Source: an uncultured Pseudobdellovibrionaceae bacterium (GTDB lineage: Bacteria > Pseudomonadota > Alphaproteobacteria > Micavibrionales > Micavibrionaceae). From it: a DNA stretch of 49,795 nt. The stretch covers positions 1 to 49,795 of the forward strand of contig CAYPCP010000001.1 of assembly GCA_964409255.1 (NCBI GenBank), read 5' to 3'. Below are positions 9,001 to 16,655 of the stretch, in pieces (the first letter of the stretch is position 1; the number at the start of each line of letters is the position of its first letter). A model generated the notes under the pieces. The model did not search any database, was not told where the DNA came from, and saw only the letters and a program-made list of their open reading frames with translations. The position numbers and the translations under genes were made by a program.

Positions 9001-10502
9001 CCCGTCGTATTGATTCCCAGTGCGCTAAGATCAAGCAGGCCGCCTTGAGTTGTGCTATTTATCCAAAGAAGATTAAGTTCATCTTCAGATGGTATGTTCC
9101 ATTCCGCGCCAACAGTTCTACAATTACTGGCAGCAGGGTGCGAACCAGCGCCAGCTGCAATCATAGCATCCGTATTAACCTTGCCGTCGGTTGTTCCTGT
9201 CGTGCCTGGAGTTGATGTATTTACCGTCTTTAGGGTAACGCTGGCTGTTTCTTGATTACGCATTAAAATGCGGTTTGCACCGATTTTACCGATGTAAATG
9301 GAGCCATCGCTGCAAGCGGAGCCAATCGCACCCGTTGTGCAGTCACTGGTGCCACCACTTTCGCTGGTTCCGCAATCTTTGATATAAAGACCACCCCCTG
9401 GGCGACCTGCAAACATGACATTGCCATCACCAGAAACTGTGCCGCTGAACCATTGGCCTGTTCCCAGAATTGTTTCTTCATTCCATGCCACGCCACCATT
9501 AACGGAGGTAAAATATTTTTGACCACTGCCGCCTCCGCCCGCAATTAACGTCATGCCATCGTCAGATGAACTAAGGATGTTCCACGTCTGTACAGGAGAA
9601 TTAGTTTGTTCTGACCAAGTATCCCCCCCATCTGTAGAGGTGAATAATTTCTCACCGCTAGCGCCCGCGATAAGACGCATACCATTGGCTGAAGAGGCAA
9701 CTACTGCCCAGCTTTTGTTCCCGGCTGTAGGGCGTGTCGTCCATGTGTTTCCACTGTCTGTCGATATATAAATATAGTTAGTGCCTGCTGCGATAACTCT
9801 CTGACCGTTGGCAGACATTGCAAGACTTTTCCAAAAACCGGAACCGGGGTTGGACAATGCCGTCCAATTATCCCCACCATCCGTTGATCGGTATATAGTT
9901 CCGCTACCAGCTCCTGAATTTGTTGCATAGATGATTTGGCCGTTCGGTGACATCGTGATGGCATTGAAGCGTCCCGAGGGCGCACCGCCACCAGAGATCA
10001 TTGTCCAATTTTTTCCTGAATCGATTGAACGATAAAGTCTTCCGGCTACGGCGCTATTTCCTGCGATAACTCTCACCCCATCTGCGGAGCTTGCCAAGGG
10101 ATACCACTGCGAAGCACTGCCTCCAGAGTCAGGTGGCGCCCATGATTGCCCTCGATTCGTAGAAACGGCGAAGTCAGAACCATTGGCAGCAGCAACAATC
10201 TTTGATCCATCGGTAGAGGATGCGATACCACGCCAGACTCGCGTACCAAGTGAGGTTACTTCTTCCCATTCACAACTGCCTCCCCCGCTGCCACCGCTGC
10301 CGGGAAGGCCCAGCGAATTCCCCCACATCGGGATCCATTTTGCGCCGTTGCAATATTGCATGACTTTGGATGTGGAATTGTAAATCTGGTCGCCGGCGTA
10401 CCCGGTCGGGCCAGAGCATGCGGCCAGCGCTTCGCGCGTTGGCGATCCCAACGCAAGCAGCATGATCAGGCTCAGTGCCCCTCCCGCGGCGAGGAGGCGC
10501 AT
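6063..10502 (-). CDS. Giant secreted mosaic protein: BNR/Asp-box propeller + DUF1566-like + 7x RCC1-like + Cys-rich module + tail-fibre collar + DUF1554/endostatin-like + C-terminal beta-module
   Basis: Track ORF is 6063..10595. I prefer ATG 10502 (MRLLAAGGALSLIMLLALGSPTREALAA/CSGPTGYAGDQIYNSTSKVMQYCNGAKWIPM), 4 nt after the upstream TAA (10507-10509). Six Asp-boxes spaced ~42-45 aa (STNRGQSW, SIDSGKNW, STDGGDNW, STDSGNTW, STDGGDTW, SVNGGVAW; about 9381-10274). EWNIPSEDELNLLW...YYWSSTE...SRILRCMK is DUF1566/Lcl-C-like (8880-9323). Seven YCWG repeats of ~52-55 aa period (7716-8828). Cys-rich module 7353-7661. DDLGNHTATKDINMNNNRIINVGAPSAGTDIATKAYIDARTG at 7146-7340. YFVLGRRLYTGNLGGLSGANQKCLDDL...HYLLCAV at 6588-7109. 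LPAGKYYVDA...ILKIEKIN at 6066-6548. Confidence 0.9.
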   Translation of the reverse strand: MRLLAAGGALSLIMLLALGSPTREALAACSGPTGYAGDQIYNSTSKVMQYCNGAKWIPMWGNSLGLPGSGGSGGGSCEWEEVTSLGTRVWRGIASSTDGSKIVAAANGSDFAVSTNRGQSWAPPDSGGSASQWYPLASSADGVRVIAGNSAVAGRLYRSIDSGKNWTMISGGGAPSGRFNAITMSPNGQIIYATNSGAGSGTIYRSTDGGDNWTALSNPGSGFWKSLAMSANGQRVIAAGTNYIYISTDSGNTWTTRPTAGNKSWAVVASSANGMRLIAGASGEKLFTSTDGGDTWSEQTNSPVQTWNILSSSDDGMTLIAGGGGSGQKYFTSVNGGVAWNEETILGTGQWFSGTVSGDGNVMFAGRPGGGLYIKDCGTSESGGTSDCTTGAIGSACSDGSIYIGKIGANRILMRNQETASVTLKTVNTSTPGTTGTTDGKVNTDAMIAAGAGSHPAASNCRTVGAEWNIPSEDELNLLWINSTTQGGLLDLSALGINTTGTYYWSSTENAINQVIQRFSDGAKGNSNRTGTSRILRCMKQIPDTSGGESNALMERGKISTGSQTSCAIGTDGKAYCWGYNARGTVGDNTTTNRATAVEVSSEDVSNSYKLIETDYQTCAIHTNNSTYCWGGLNNYGELGNNAEGVTSHKPVLVQNGGSPGTFTSLSVSAYTACGLATDNKVYCWGLTWGMGSPGGSSAVPRVVSNGANAAGTYKYLGSTSTASHCAIGTDNKAYCWGYNSSGQLGNNTTTQTAGGPPTLVLNGASPGTFKKIATGQGHTCAIGTDDKAYCWGSDSSGQLGTTGPAADSLIPVLVNNGEGPGTYKEITAGEAQTCAIGTDNKVYCWGMGSQGSLGNGTNVDSPTPVAVLNGESSGGFRTIESSSSSTVCGIASDNKAYCWGGGGNYSIGDGNNISRNVPTKVANGASSGFFGDGAGTGSVDITAEERCDNAEGDFVGNACWFLGGNGRSCKKVCEDNFGLYDDTTLTYAGSGGNAANCQAVMTALGAAGTTAANASNAHGCYLSGSLRYRGTLATTELSATAGVQRACACKVGGDDLGNHTATKDINMNNNRIINVGAPSAGTDIATKAYIDARTGTNETDPKIGAVTASKWCATNSGVINCDKDPDSGPTGYFVLGRRLYTGNLGGLSGANQKCLDDLQDFDWKGKSEATLNSSTVKAWLCDSTTCQDLAPNTKYTFAAADEPTQGGKSFTTDAAGLGPNDSNAWGGDTEALTQHSGRFFTNRATGTSTKWGAGPNTAHCSNWTNATGPEKGGTGIATNYNNSARWEQPVGGIICSTGHYLLCAVAPPSGPATSIGGTETPLTVIAAREKTQGSSAGLATGMTPGTWYDYPLNRLRQNSLEIIMTDGGIRLPAGKYYVDAVVPFARNGSAKARLYNSSAGAVLATGTPSYNGSGVVPPMMGHITYSYVRGIFTLSSTATIKLQTVLISGTPSTDPTPFGMPNAAGPETYGILKIEKIN

Positions 10503-10506
10503 CCTG

Positions 10507-11829
10507 TTACCGGTCCTGTTTAAGTGCATCGATATCTTTCCGCAGCGTTGCATTTTCGTCCCTGAGCTGCTTGACGGCTTCGATGAGAGGCGCAATCAAC
10601 TGGTCGTATTCCACAGACTTCACGCCGTTGCTGTCGGTTGCGACGGCCTCGGGCATAACGGTTTCAACATCCTGCGCGATCACGCCGAAGGCGGGCGCGC
10701 CGTTTCTTTTCCAGACGTAATGTTTCCCGTGGATGGCATCGAGCAGGGTGAACGGGTCTGCGATGTCGGTGATTTTATCTTTCAGGTTTCGGTCGGAGGA
10801 GTGCAGGTACGCCGCCGCCGTCACCGTGTCAGCGCCCAGAACCTTGAAGCCGGACATGTTCAAATCCTGCGTCGCGGTATGATCGCCGAGATTGTCGGAG
10901 CCGCCACCGCCGCCACCGCCGCCGCCCGAGGCGCCGCCTTCCGGCGGGTCGCCGGGAATAAGCGGGAAGCGTAACGGCGAATCCATCGCGACCGTGCCGT
11001 TAAGCGTTTTGGATTGAATGGAATCGGTTTTGATCGCCATGAATTCCCCGATCCCCTGTTCGCTGTCGAGGCTGAAGCTGACGACGCCGCTGCTGTCGCG
11101 GACCTCAAGGTCTTTTTGAATCTGCGCCGTGTTGGAATCGCCCGATTTCAAATTCCACAGACCGCCGCCCGCGCTGTTCGCTTCGGCATAGGTGTAGCTA
11201 TGGATGACGTCGTCCGATCCCGGCACGCGGATCAATGTCGGTTCGTTGTCTTCGACCACGCCGTTTCCGTTCCCGGCGGCGTCGGCCGCGGCGGCGGAAA
11301 TACAGCTTGTCTGGAATTGTCTGTCAGGACCGGCGGAGATAACCGCGATGGAAATAAGGTTTTGCTGGTTGGCGCCGGCGAGGCGGTGATTGGTGCCCGG
11401 CGGGCTTTCGCATGCGGCCTGCATGGTCGCGGTGCCGTGGTCCCATACGCAGTACCCGTAACGGTTCTGCCACGGATCCTGCAACGACGCGCCGATCGAC
11501 GCGGGCAGGTGACCCCCGCCGCTTGGCGCCGGAAGACTCGACGCCGGTTCGAACATCACGGGTTCGATCATCGTGTCGTTGTCGCAATCCCCGCCATCCG
11601 CGCCCGCGGTCGCGCCCATCACGGCGAGTTTTGATGAGGCCATCATATTGTTTTCGGCAATGGTGCGCTTGGTCACTTCGGACATGCTGCGCACGGGGCC
11701 TTTCATGATCTGCATCGACGCAGCGCCGACAGCCCCGACCAGGGCCACGGCCCCGAACATGGTGAAGAAAATATTCCCTGACTGGCTGTCTCTCAAGCCA
11801 TTGATAAGGCTGAAAATCCCCTTGCCCAT
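10507..11829 (-). CDS. Pilin-like N-terminus fused to a tail-fibre-like stalk and a C-terminal peptidase-S74 intramolecular chaperone domain
   Basis: 440-aa ORF with AAGGAG 7 nt upstream of the ATG. N-terminal ..SQSG/NIFFTMFGAVALVGAVGAASMQIM hydrophobic helix, plus DPWQNRYGYCVW and ISAGPDRQFQT (GspG/pseudopilin-like motifs). Gly8 run, then DNLGDHTATQDLNMSGFKVLG (collar-like). The end SSDRNLKDKITDIADPFTLLDAIHGKHYVWKRNGAPAFGVIAQDVETVMPEAV...VEYDQLIAPLIEAVKQLRDENATLRKDIDALK matches the endosialidase/tail-fibre chaperone (S-DRxLK autocleavage site) as I remember the family. Confidence 0.9.
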   Translation of the reverse strand: MGKGIFSLINGLRDSQSGNIFFTMFGAVALVGAVGAASMQIMKGPVRSMSEVTKRTIAENNMMASSKLAVMGATAGADGGDCDNDTMIEPVMFEPASSLPAPSGGGHLPASIGASLQDPWQNRYGYCVWDHGTATMQAACESPPGTNHRLAGANQQNLISIAVISAGPDRQFQTSCISAAAADAAGNGNGVVEDNEPTLIRVPGSDDVIHSYTYAEANSAGGGLWNLKSGDSNTAQIQKDLEVRDSSGVVSFSLDSEQGIGEFMAIKTDSIQSKTLNGTVAMDSPLRFPLIPGDPPEGGASGGGGGGGGGSDNLGDHTATQDLNMSGFKVLGADTVTAAAYLHSSDRNLKDKITDIADPFTLLDAIHGKHYVWKRNGAPAFGVIAQDVETVMPEAVATDSNGVKSVEYDQLIAPLIEAVKQLRDENATLRKDIDALKQDR

Positions 11830-12096
11830 CCGTTGCTCCTTCGGCGAGGCCGCCCCTGACTGACGGCTAAAACCCTCTTATCCCTTAACAATTCTGACAC
11901 GGATGTATTTAAATAAAATTAATACTATCCGGGTGTGCAAGAGAGACGGAAGGCTTATGTATTTGATAAATAAATAAAAACTTAGAGGACCTAAAAGAAT
12001 CGCGAAATCGTTAACGCAAAAAGGAAAATGCGTTTCGACTACGCCTGACGCCTAGTCTATCAAAGAAACAGCCTGTGGAAAAGTCTTTGGAACGGC

Positions 12097-12603
12097 TTAG
12101 TTTTTGGTCTCGCCCTGCGCGTACTGCGCGACATACATGCTCCGGAAATCGACCGGGTTGAGCATAAGGGGCGGGAATCCGCCGCTGGCCGTGGCCTGGG
12201 CGATGACCTGGCGCGCGAACGGGAACAGCATTTGCGGCACTTCGACGAACAACATCGGGCGGATATGGGCCGGATTGACGTCCTTGGCGAGCGAAACCAG
12301 CGCACCGTACACGCATTCGATCAAAAATGCGGTGCCGATCTCACGTTTGGCGGTGATATTGATGCGAATGGTGACTTCATAGAGCTGCGGATTGGTTTCA
12401 TCCTCGATTTTATGGGCATCGAGATGGAAATTCATGTCCATTTGCGGCGCTGTGCCGCCGCGCTTGAAAATCTGCGGTGAATTGGGGCTTTCGTACGACA
12501 GGTCCTTAAGATATTGCGCGTGAACCGTGATCGGAAGCGCGGGGGCCTCGACGTCGATACGCTTGTCCTGCGGGATTTCTTTGCTTTTGTCTTTTTCGCT
12601 CAT
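12097..12603 (-). CDS. secB: Protein-export chaperone SecB
   Basis: 168 aa. ITVHAQYLKDLSYESPNSP, FLIECVYGALV and MLFPFARQVIAQATASGGFPPLMLNPVDFRSMY match the SecB family pattern (..LFPYARE...GGFP.L.L.PVNF..LY) from memory. Confidence 0.93.
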   Translation of the reverse strand: MSEKDKSKEIPQDKRIDVEAPALPITVHAQYLKDLSYESPNSPQIFKRGGTAPQMDMNFHLDAHKIEDETNPQLYEVTIRINITAKREIGTAFLIECVYGALVSLAKDVNPAHIRPMLFVEVPQMLFPFARQVIAQATASGGFPPLMLNPVDFRSMYVAQYAQGETKN

Positions 12604-12635
12604 GCCCTAGGACGTAGCATGGAAAATACAGGCCC

Positions 12636-13106
12636 TCAAGGCCCTATCCGGCGGTCCGGGCCGGGGGTTTCATCTACGCGCTCAAAGGTGCCGTCGACGA
12701 TACCCGGATCGCGATCGCGGGATGTGTAACCCGATCCATACGTTTCAACGCGGACATCCATGTTCGCCCCGAGGAAACGGCGCAGCGCGTCCCGCACCGG
12801 CGGTATCAAAAGGGCGAAGCCCACCCCATCCGATACAAATCCCGGCAATATAAGGAGCGCCCCCGCCACGACGATGCAGAACCCGTCGAACATGGCCTGC
12901 CCCGGGAACTGCCCGGCTTCCAGCGCTTCGCGCCCTTTGAAAAGCGTGTCAAAGCCCTGTTTCTGCACAATCATCCATCCCGCCGCCGCCGACAGGATGC
13001 ACAGCGCCAGCGTCGCGAAAACCCCGATCGCGTCGCCGACCACGATAAAGGTCGCGATTTCGAGCGCGGGCAGAATGAAAAACAGCCCCAGAAGAATAAA
13101 CGGCAT
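12636..13106 (-). CDS. fxsA: FxsA family membrane protein
   Basis: Track ORF is 12636..13148. I prefer ATG 13106 (MPFILLGLFFILPALEIATFIVVGD), preceded by AAAGGACAAGGA. Hydrophobic helices and LILPGFVSDGVGFALLIPPVR are typical of FxsA/UPF0716. Confidence 0.8.
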   Translation of the reverse strand: MPFILLGLFFILPALEIATFIVVGDAIGVFATLALCILSAAAGWMIVQKQGFDTLFKGREALEAGQFPGQAMFDGFCIVVAGALLILPGFVSDGVGFALLIPPVRDALRRFLGANMDVRVETYGSGYTSRDRDPGIVDGTFERVDETPGPDRRIGP

Positions 13107-13233
13107 TCCTTGTCCTTTCACCGCCGCGCAACATATCAGGTAGAGCACGGCGCGCGGCCCGCCGCCTTATGCTATGCTTATGATATAATGTAAAGTCATT
13201 GCCAAGAAAGCCCGCGCGCTGTAGGAAAAAAGT

Positions 13234-13968
13234 ATGAACGGATTACCTGTCGATATTCTTCTTTATGCGCTGGTTGCCGCCGGTCTTGTTTTCTGGCTGC
13301 GCAGCGTGATCGGGACCCGCCATGGCGACGAGCGCGAGCGCCCCAATCCCTTTACATCCGCTCCGGCGGAAAAACCGGCCTTCGAAGGAACCGATGCGGC
13401 AAAGACGCTCGACCTTCCCGCCATCACCGACGGCGCGATGTTGCCGCGCAACGCCAGCATTTCGGGTCCCGCGAGCGAACAGGGGCTGGAAGATATCGCG
13501 CAGGCCGACCGCGCGTTCGATCCCGTGTCCTTTATCACCGCCGCGCAGGAAGCATTCGCGATCGTCGTCGAAGCATTTGCGAAAGGCGACCGCGAAACGC
13601 TGCGCGATCTTCTGGCCGATCCCGTTTACAACGCTTTCGACGGCGCGCTGAAAGCGCGCGAGCGCAGCGGCGAAACCGTATCGACGGAAATTCATGCCGT
13701 GCGTCACGCCGATATCGTCGATGCCCGCCTGACGGGACGCGATGCCTATATCACCATTCGCTTTACGGCGGATGAAACCTGCGTGATCCGCGATCGTGAC
13801 AATAACATCGTCTCCGGCGATCCCGACCGCATCACGGAAATGGTCGATATCTGGACATTCACGCGCAATGTGAAATCGCGCGATCCGCGCTGGCTGCTGT
13901 GTGAAACGCGCGATGGCGATGTTGTCGAAGAACACAAAACGCCGCTGCCTGACGCCTCTATCCATTAA
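13234..13968 (+). CDS. Tim44-like domain protein
   Basis: 244 aa with an N-terminal TM helix. C-terminal FDPVSFITAAQEAFAIVVEAFAKGDRETLRDLL...YITIRFTADE...WTFTRNVKSRDPRWLLCET looks like the Tim44 C-terminal domain. Its position between fxsA/secB and mltA is typical of Alphaproteobacteria. Confidence 0.85.
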   Translation: MNGLPVDILLYALVAAGLVFWLRSVIGTRHGDERERPNPFTSAPAEKPAFEGTDAAKTLDLPAITDGAMLPRNASISGPASEQGLEDIAQADRAFDPVSFITAAQEAFAIVVEAFAKGDRETLRDLLADPVYNAFDGALKARERSGETVSTEIHAVRHADIVDARLTGRDAYITIRFTADETCVIRDRDNNIVSGDPDRITEMVDIWTFTRNVKSRDPRWLLCETRDGDVVEEHKTPLPDASIH

Positions 13969-14009
13969 TTCCGCTTAAGCGCCGCGATATCGTGTGGTTT
14001 AATAAAGCC

Positions 14010-15191
14010 ATGCGATTCGTATCCCTCATCCTTGTTTTGTTGCTGGCCGCGTGTGCAACGCCGCCGCAAAAACCCACCGCCGACGCCGATAAAAAAGAAG
14101 ACGCGCCGCTCGTTATCACGCGCAGCTCTTATGCCGCGCTGCCCGGTTGGGGCGGCGATAATTTCGACGGCTGGCGTCAGGCGCTCTCGCGCAGCTGTGA
14201 AAAGGTCGCCGTCCTAAAACCCGATGCGAATTTCGGCCCCGATGCGCGTTTCGGCACCGCCGCCGCGTGGCAGGATGCGTGTCTGCGCTTCATGGAAATG
14301 TCTTCCACCGCTCCGCAAGGCTACAAGGCGTATTTCGAACGCATGTTCACGCCATATGAAGTGCGCGCGGGCAATGACACCGAAGGTCTCTTCACGGGTT
14401 ATTACGAAGCGTCGCTGCGTGGCTCCCTGACGAAACAGGGAAAATATAACGTGCCGCTGCATGCGCGCCCGTCCGATCTTGTCATGGTCAATCTGGGTGA
14501 GTTTCGCGACGAACTGAAAGGTCAGCGCATCGCCGGCCGCGTGAAAGACGGCAATCTGAAACCGTATGAAACGCGCGAACAAATCCTCGCCGGAAAATTG
14601 CCGCCCGCACAGGATAAAGTGCTTGTCTGGGTCGATGATCCTGTCGAGGCGTTCTTTGTTCAGGTGCAGGGGTCGGGCGTCGTGCAGCTTGATGACGGCA
14701 AGGTCATGCGCATCGGCTATGACGGTCAGAACGGCCACATCTATTACGCCATTGGCCGCGAGCTGGTGAAACGCGGCGAGCTGACGAAAGACAACGTATC
14801 GATGCAGGCGATCCGCGGCTGGCTGGAAACCCATCCCGATCAGGCGGCGGAGCTGATGAACACGAACAGATCCTATGTGTTCTTCCGCGCGCTGACGGGA
14901 GAGGGGCCGATCGGCGGACAAAACGTTGCGCTGACGCCGGGCCGTTCGCTGGCGATCGACCGCTCGCTGCTGCCGTACGGCATGCCGGTGTGGCTCGATT
15001 CCGCGCCGCCGGGCGATCAGGGTGAACGCATTCGCAAGATGATGATCACGCAGGATACGGGCGGCGCGATCCGCGGCCCCGTGCGCGGCGATTATTTCTG
15101 GGGCTTCGGCGCGGATGCCGAACACAATGCGGGCCTGATGAAATCAAAGGGCCGTTACTGGGTGCTGATCCCGTCAACCGTCACGCCATAA
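14010..15191 (+). CDS. mltA: Membrane-bound lytic murein transglycosylase A
   Basis: Track ORF starts at GTG 13992. ATG 14010 gives the lipoprotein signal MRFVSLILVLLLAAC. MltA-like motifs: GYYEASLRGS, GYDGQNGHIYYAIGRELV, AIDRSLLPYGMPVWLD, QDTGGAIRGPVRGDYFWGFG. Confidence 0.9.
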   Translation: MRFVSLILVLLLAACATPPQKPTADADKKEDAPLVITRSSYAALPGWGGDNFDGWRQALSRSCEKVAVLKPDANFGPDARFGTAAAWQDACLRFMEMSSTAPQGYKAYFERMFTPYEVRAGNDTEGLFTGYYEASLRGSLTKQGKYNVPLHARPSDLVMVNLGEFRDELKGQRIAGRVKDGNLKPYETREQILAGKLPPAQDKVLVWVDDPVEAFFVQVQGSGVVQLDDGKVMRIGYDGQNGHIYYAIGRELVKRGELTKDNVSMQAIRGWLETHPDQAAELMNTNRSYVFFRALTGEGPIGGQNVALTPGRSLAIDRSLLPYGMPVWLDSAPPGDQGERIRKMMITQDTGGAIRGPVRGDYFWGFGADAEHNAGLMKSKGRYWVLIPSTVTP

Positions 15192-15371
15192 ATAAAGGAA
15201 ACCCCCAAAGCTTCTTCTGAAGCCCGGGGGGTCTCTGATGTCGTCGTCTTATACGAGAAAGACGGCAAGAAACTAAATCCGAAATAAAAGCATCGCGCCC
15301 GTTATACGGGGGAACTCCAACATTCCTTGGCTGGGCTTATGGGGCGTTTGTAACAGCCCCGGGCCGATTTT

Positions 15372-16601
15372 TCAAGATTTATGTAACCCGCCGGTGCGGA
15401 AAGACAAGCTCGTCAGCGCAAAAAGCGCCAGAAGAAGGCCGATCTGCCAGCTCTGCCATAGGCCGTAACCTGTATTCATCACGGCGAGCATGCCGATCAG
15501 CACGCCCAGCCCCACGCGTTGTTCCAGCGGCGGCGCCATCCATAAGCGCTTTAAAATATAAAGAAACAACGCGCATCCGAGCAGGATGCCGACAATCCCG
15601 AACTCCACCCACAGCTGCAGCGCCGCGTTGTGCGGGTGAAGCATGTTGTTGGCGTTCGGCAGCACCAGCCATTGTTCCGATTTGATGTAGCGGACCGCTT
15701 CGATGCCTTGTCCGTACAGCGGGCTTTTGAGCGCTTCGGCCGCCACGAAATTCCACACCTCCAGACGGTGCGGAATGCTCGCCGCGCGCATGATGCCGGA
15801 AATTTCTTCCTGGCTTTGCTGCGGGACGATGCTGAAAAGATATTGCGCGAACCATGGCGCGGCGATCGCCAGCGCGCAGACAAGCGCCGCCATGACAACC
15901 CATGCCGTGCGCACGCGCACCGGGAAAAGCGCGGCGACGATCACCGCAAGGATAAGAAGCATCTGCGCGCTCTGGCTTTCCGTCGGCACAAGACCGGCGA
16001 GAAGCGCGATGGCCGATGCGCCGCCCAACACCCATTTTGTTTTCGGCGAAAGATCCGCCCGGTAGAGCATCAGCATCATCGGCAGAAAGAAGGCCGCGGC
16101 GACGACCATGCTGCGGTTCATCATGACAATCGATACCGGCGTCTCCGGCGGTATGGCGTTCACAAGACGGTAGATTTTTACATCCCAGAAAATCTCCAGC
16201 GCGATGCCCGCGCAAATGACGGCATACATCGTCACCAGCATCGCGACGAAACGCGGCTTGATATCCTGCGCCGTCATGGCGCGGGCCGCGGCGATAAAGA
16301 CGACACCGAAAATCAGCATCGGGGCGAGCTTTGCGCCGCGTTCCATCGCGAAAGGCGGATCGATCGCCCATAAGGCGCTCAGCGCGGCCAGCGCGGGAAC
16401 CGCCAGCGCGAAAAACAACTCGCCTTTGGTTGGCTTAAGACAGGTGCCGCGTCCCGCCCACCATGTAACGAGCATGATCAATCCCGCCACGGGCGCCGCA
16501 AACGAAGCAGCGCGCGGCGCGATCACCGACAGGCCGATAACGAAAGTGAAAAGACCAAAAAAGACAGGGGTGCAATATGCTGCGGCAAAAGAACGGATCA
16601 T
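15372..16601 (-). CDS. O-antigen ligase (Wzy_C) family membrane protein
   Basis: 409 aa, polytopic. NMLHPHNAALQLWVEFGIVGILLG matches the H.HN..LQ...E.GI.G motif of WaaL/Wzy_C-type proteins. Confidence 0.8.
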   Translation of the reverse strand: MIRSFAAAYCTPVFFGLFTFVIGLSVIAPRAASFAAPVAGLIMLVTWWAGRGTCLKPTKGELFFALAVPALAALSALWAIDPPFAMERGAKLAPMLIFGVVFIAAARAMTAQDIKPRFVAMLVTMYAVICAGIALEIFWDVKIYRLVNAIPPETPVSIVMMNRSMVVAAAFFLPMMLMLYRADLSPKTKWVLGGASAIALLAGLVPTESQSAQMLLILAVIVAALFPVRVRTAWVVMAALVCALAIAAPWFAQYLFSIVPQQSQEEISGIMRAASIPHRLEVWNFVAAEALKSPLYGQGIEAVRYIKSEQWLVLPNANNMLHPHNAALQLWVEFGIVGILLGCALFLYILKRLWMAPPLEQRVGLGVLIGMLAVMNTGYGLWQSWQIGLLLALFALTSLSFRTGGLHKS

Positions 16602-16655
16602 GCCCCATTCCAGCCCGCCGCCGCGCTTAACTCAAGAGAAATATGGTGTGATGGA

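Noticed and set aside
1-10502. Calling the RCC1-repeat giants Dot/Icm effectors (by analogy with the Legionella RCC1-repeat effectors)
   Set aside because: Both have Sec-type signal peptides. They sit in a separate operon 13 kb from the T4BSS genes and are built like surface fibres. No C-terminal translocation signal can be assessed, and one C-terminus is off-window.
10503-10595. Upstream extension of the 1510-aa ORF overlapping the S74-chaperone gene
   Set aside because: The extension (MRLSSKPSSSSGTKMQRCGKISMHLNRTGNR) overlaps the conserved C-terminus of the upstream gene. ATG 10502 yields a proper signal peptide directly followed by the shared Cys motif.
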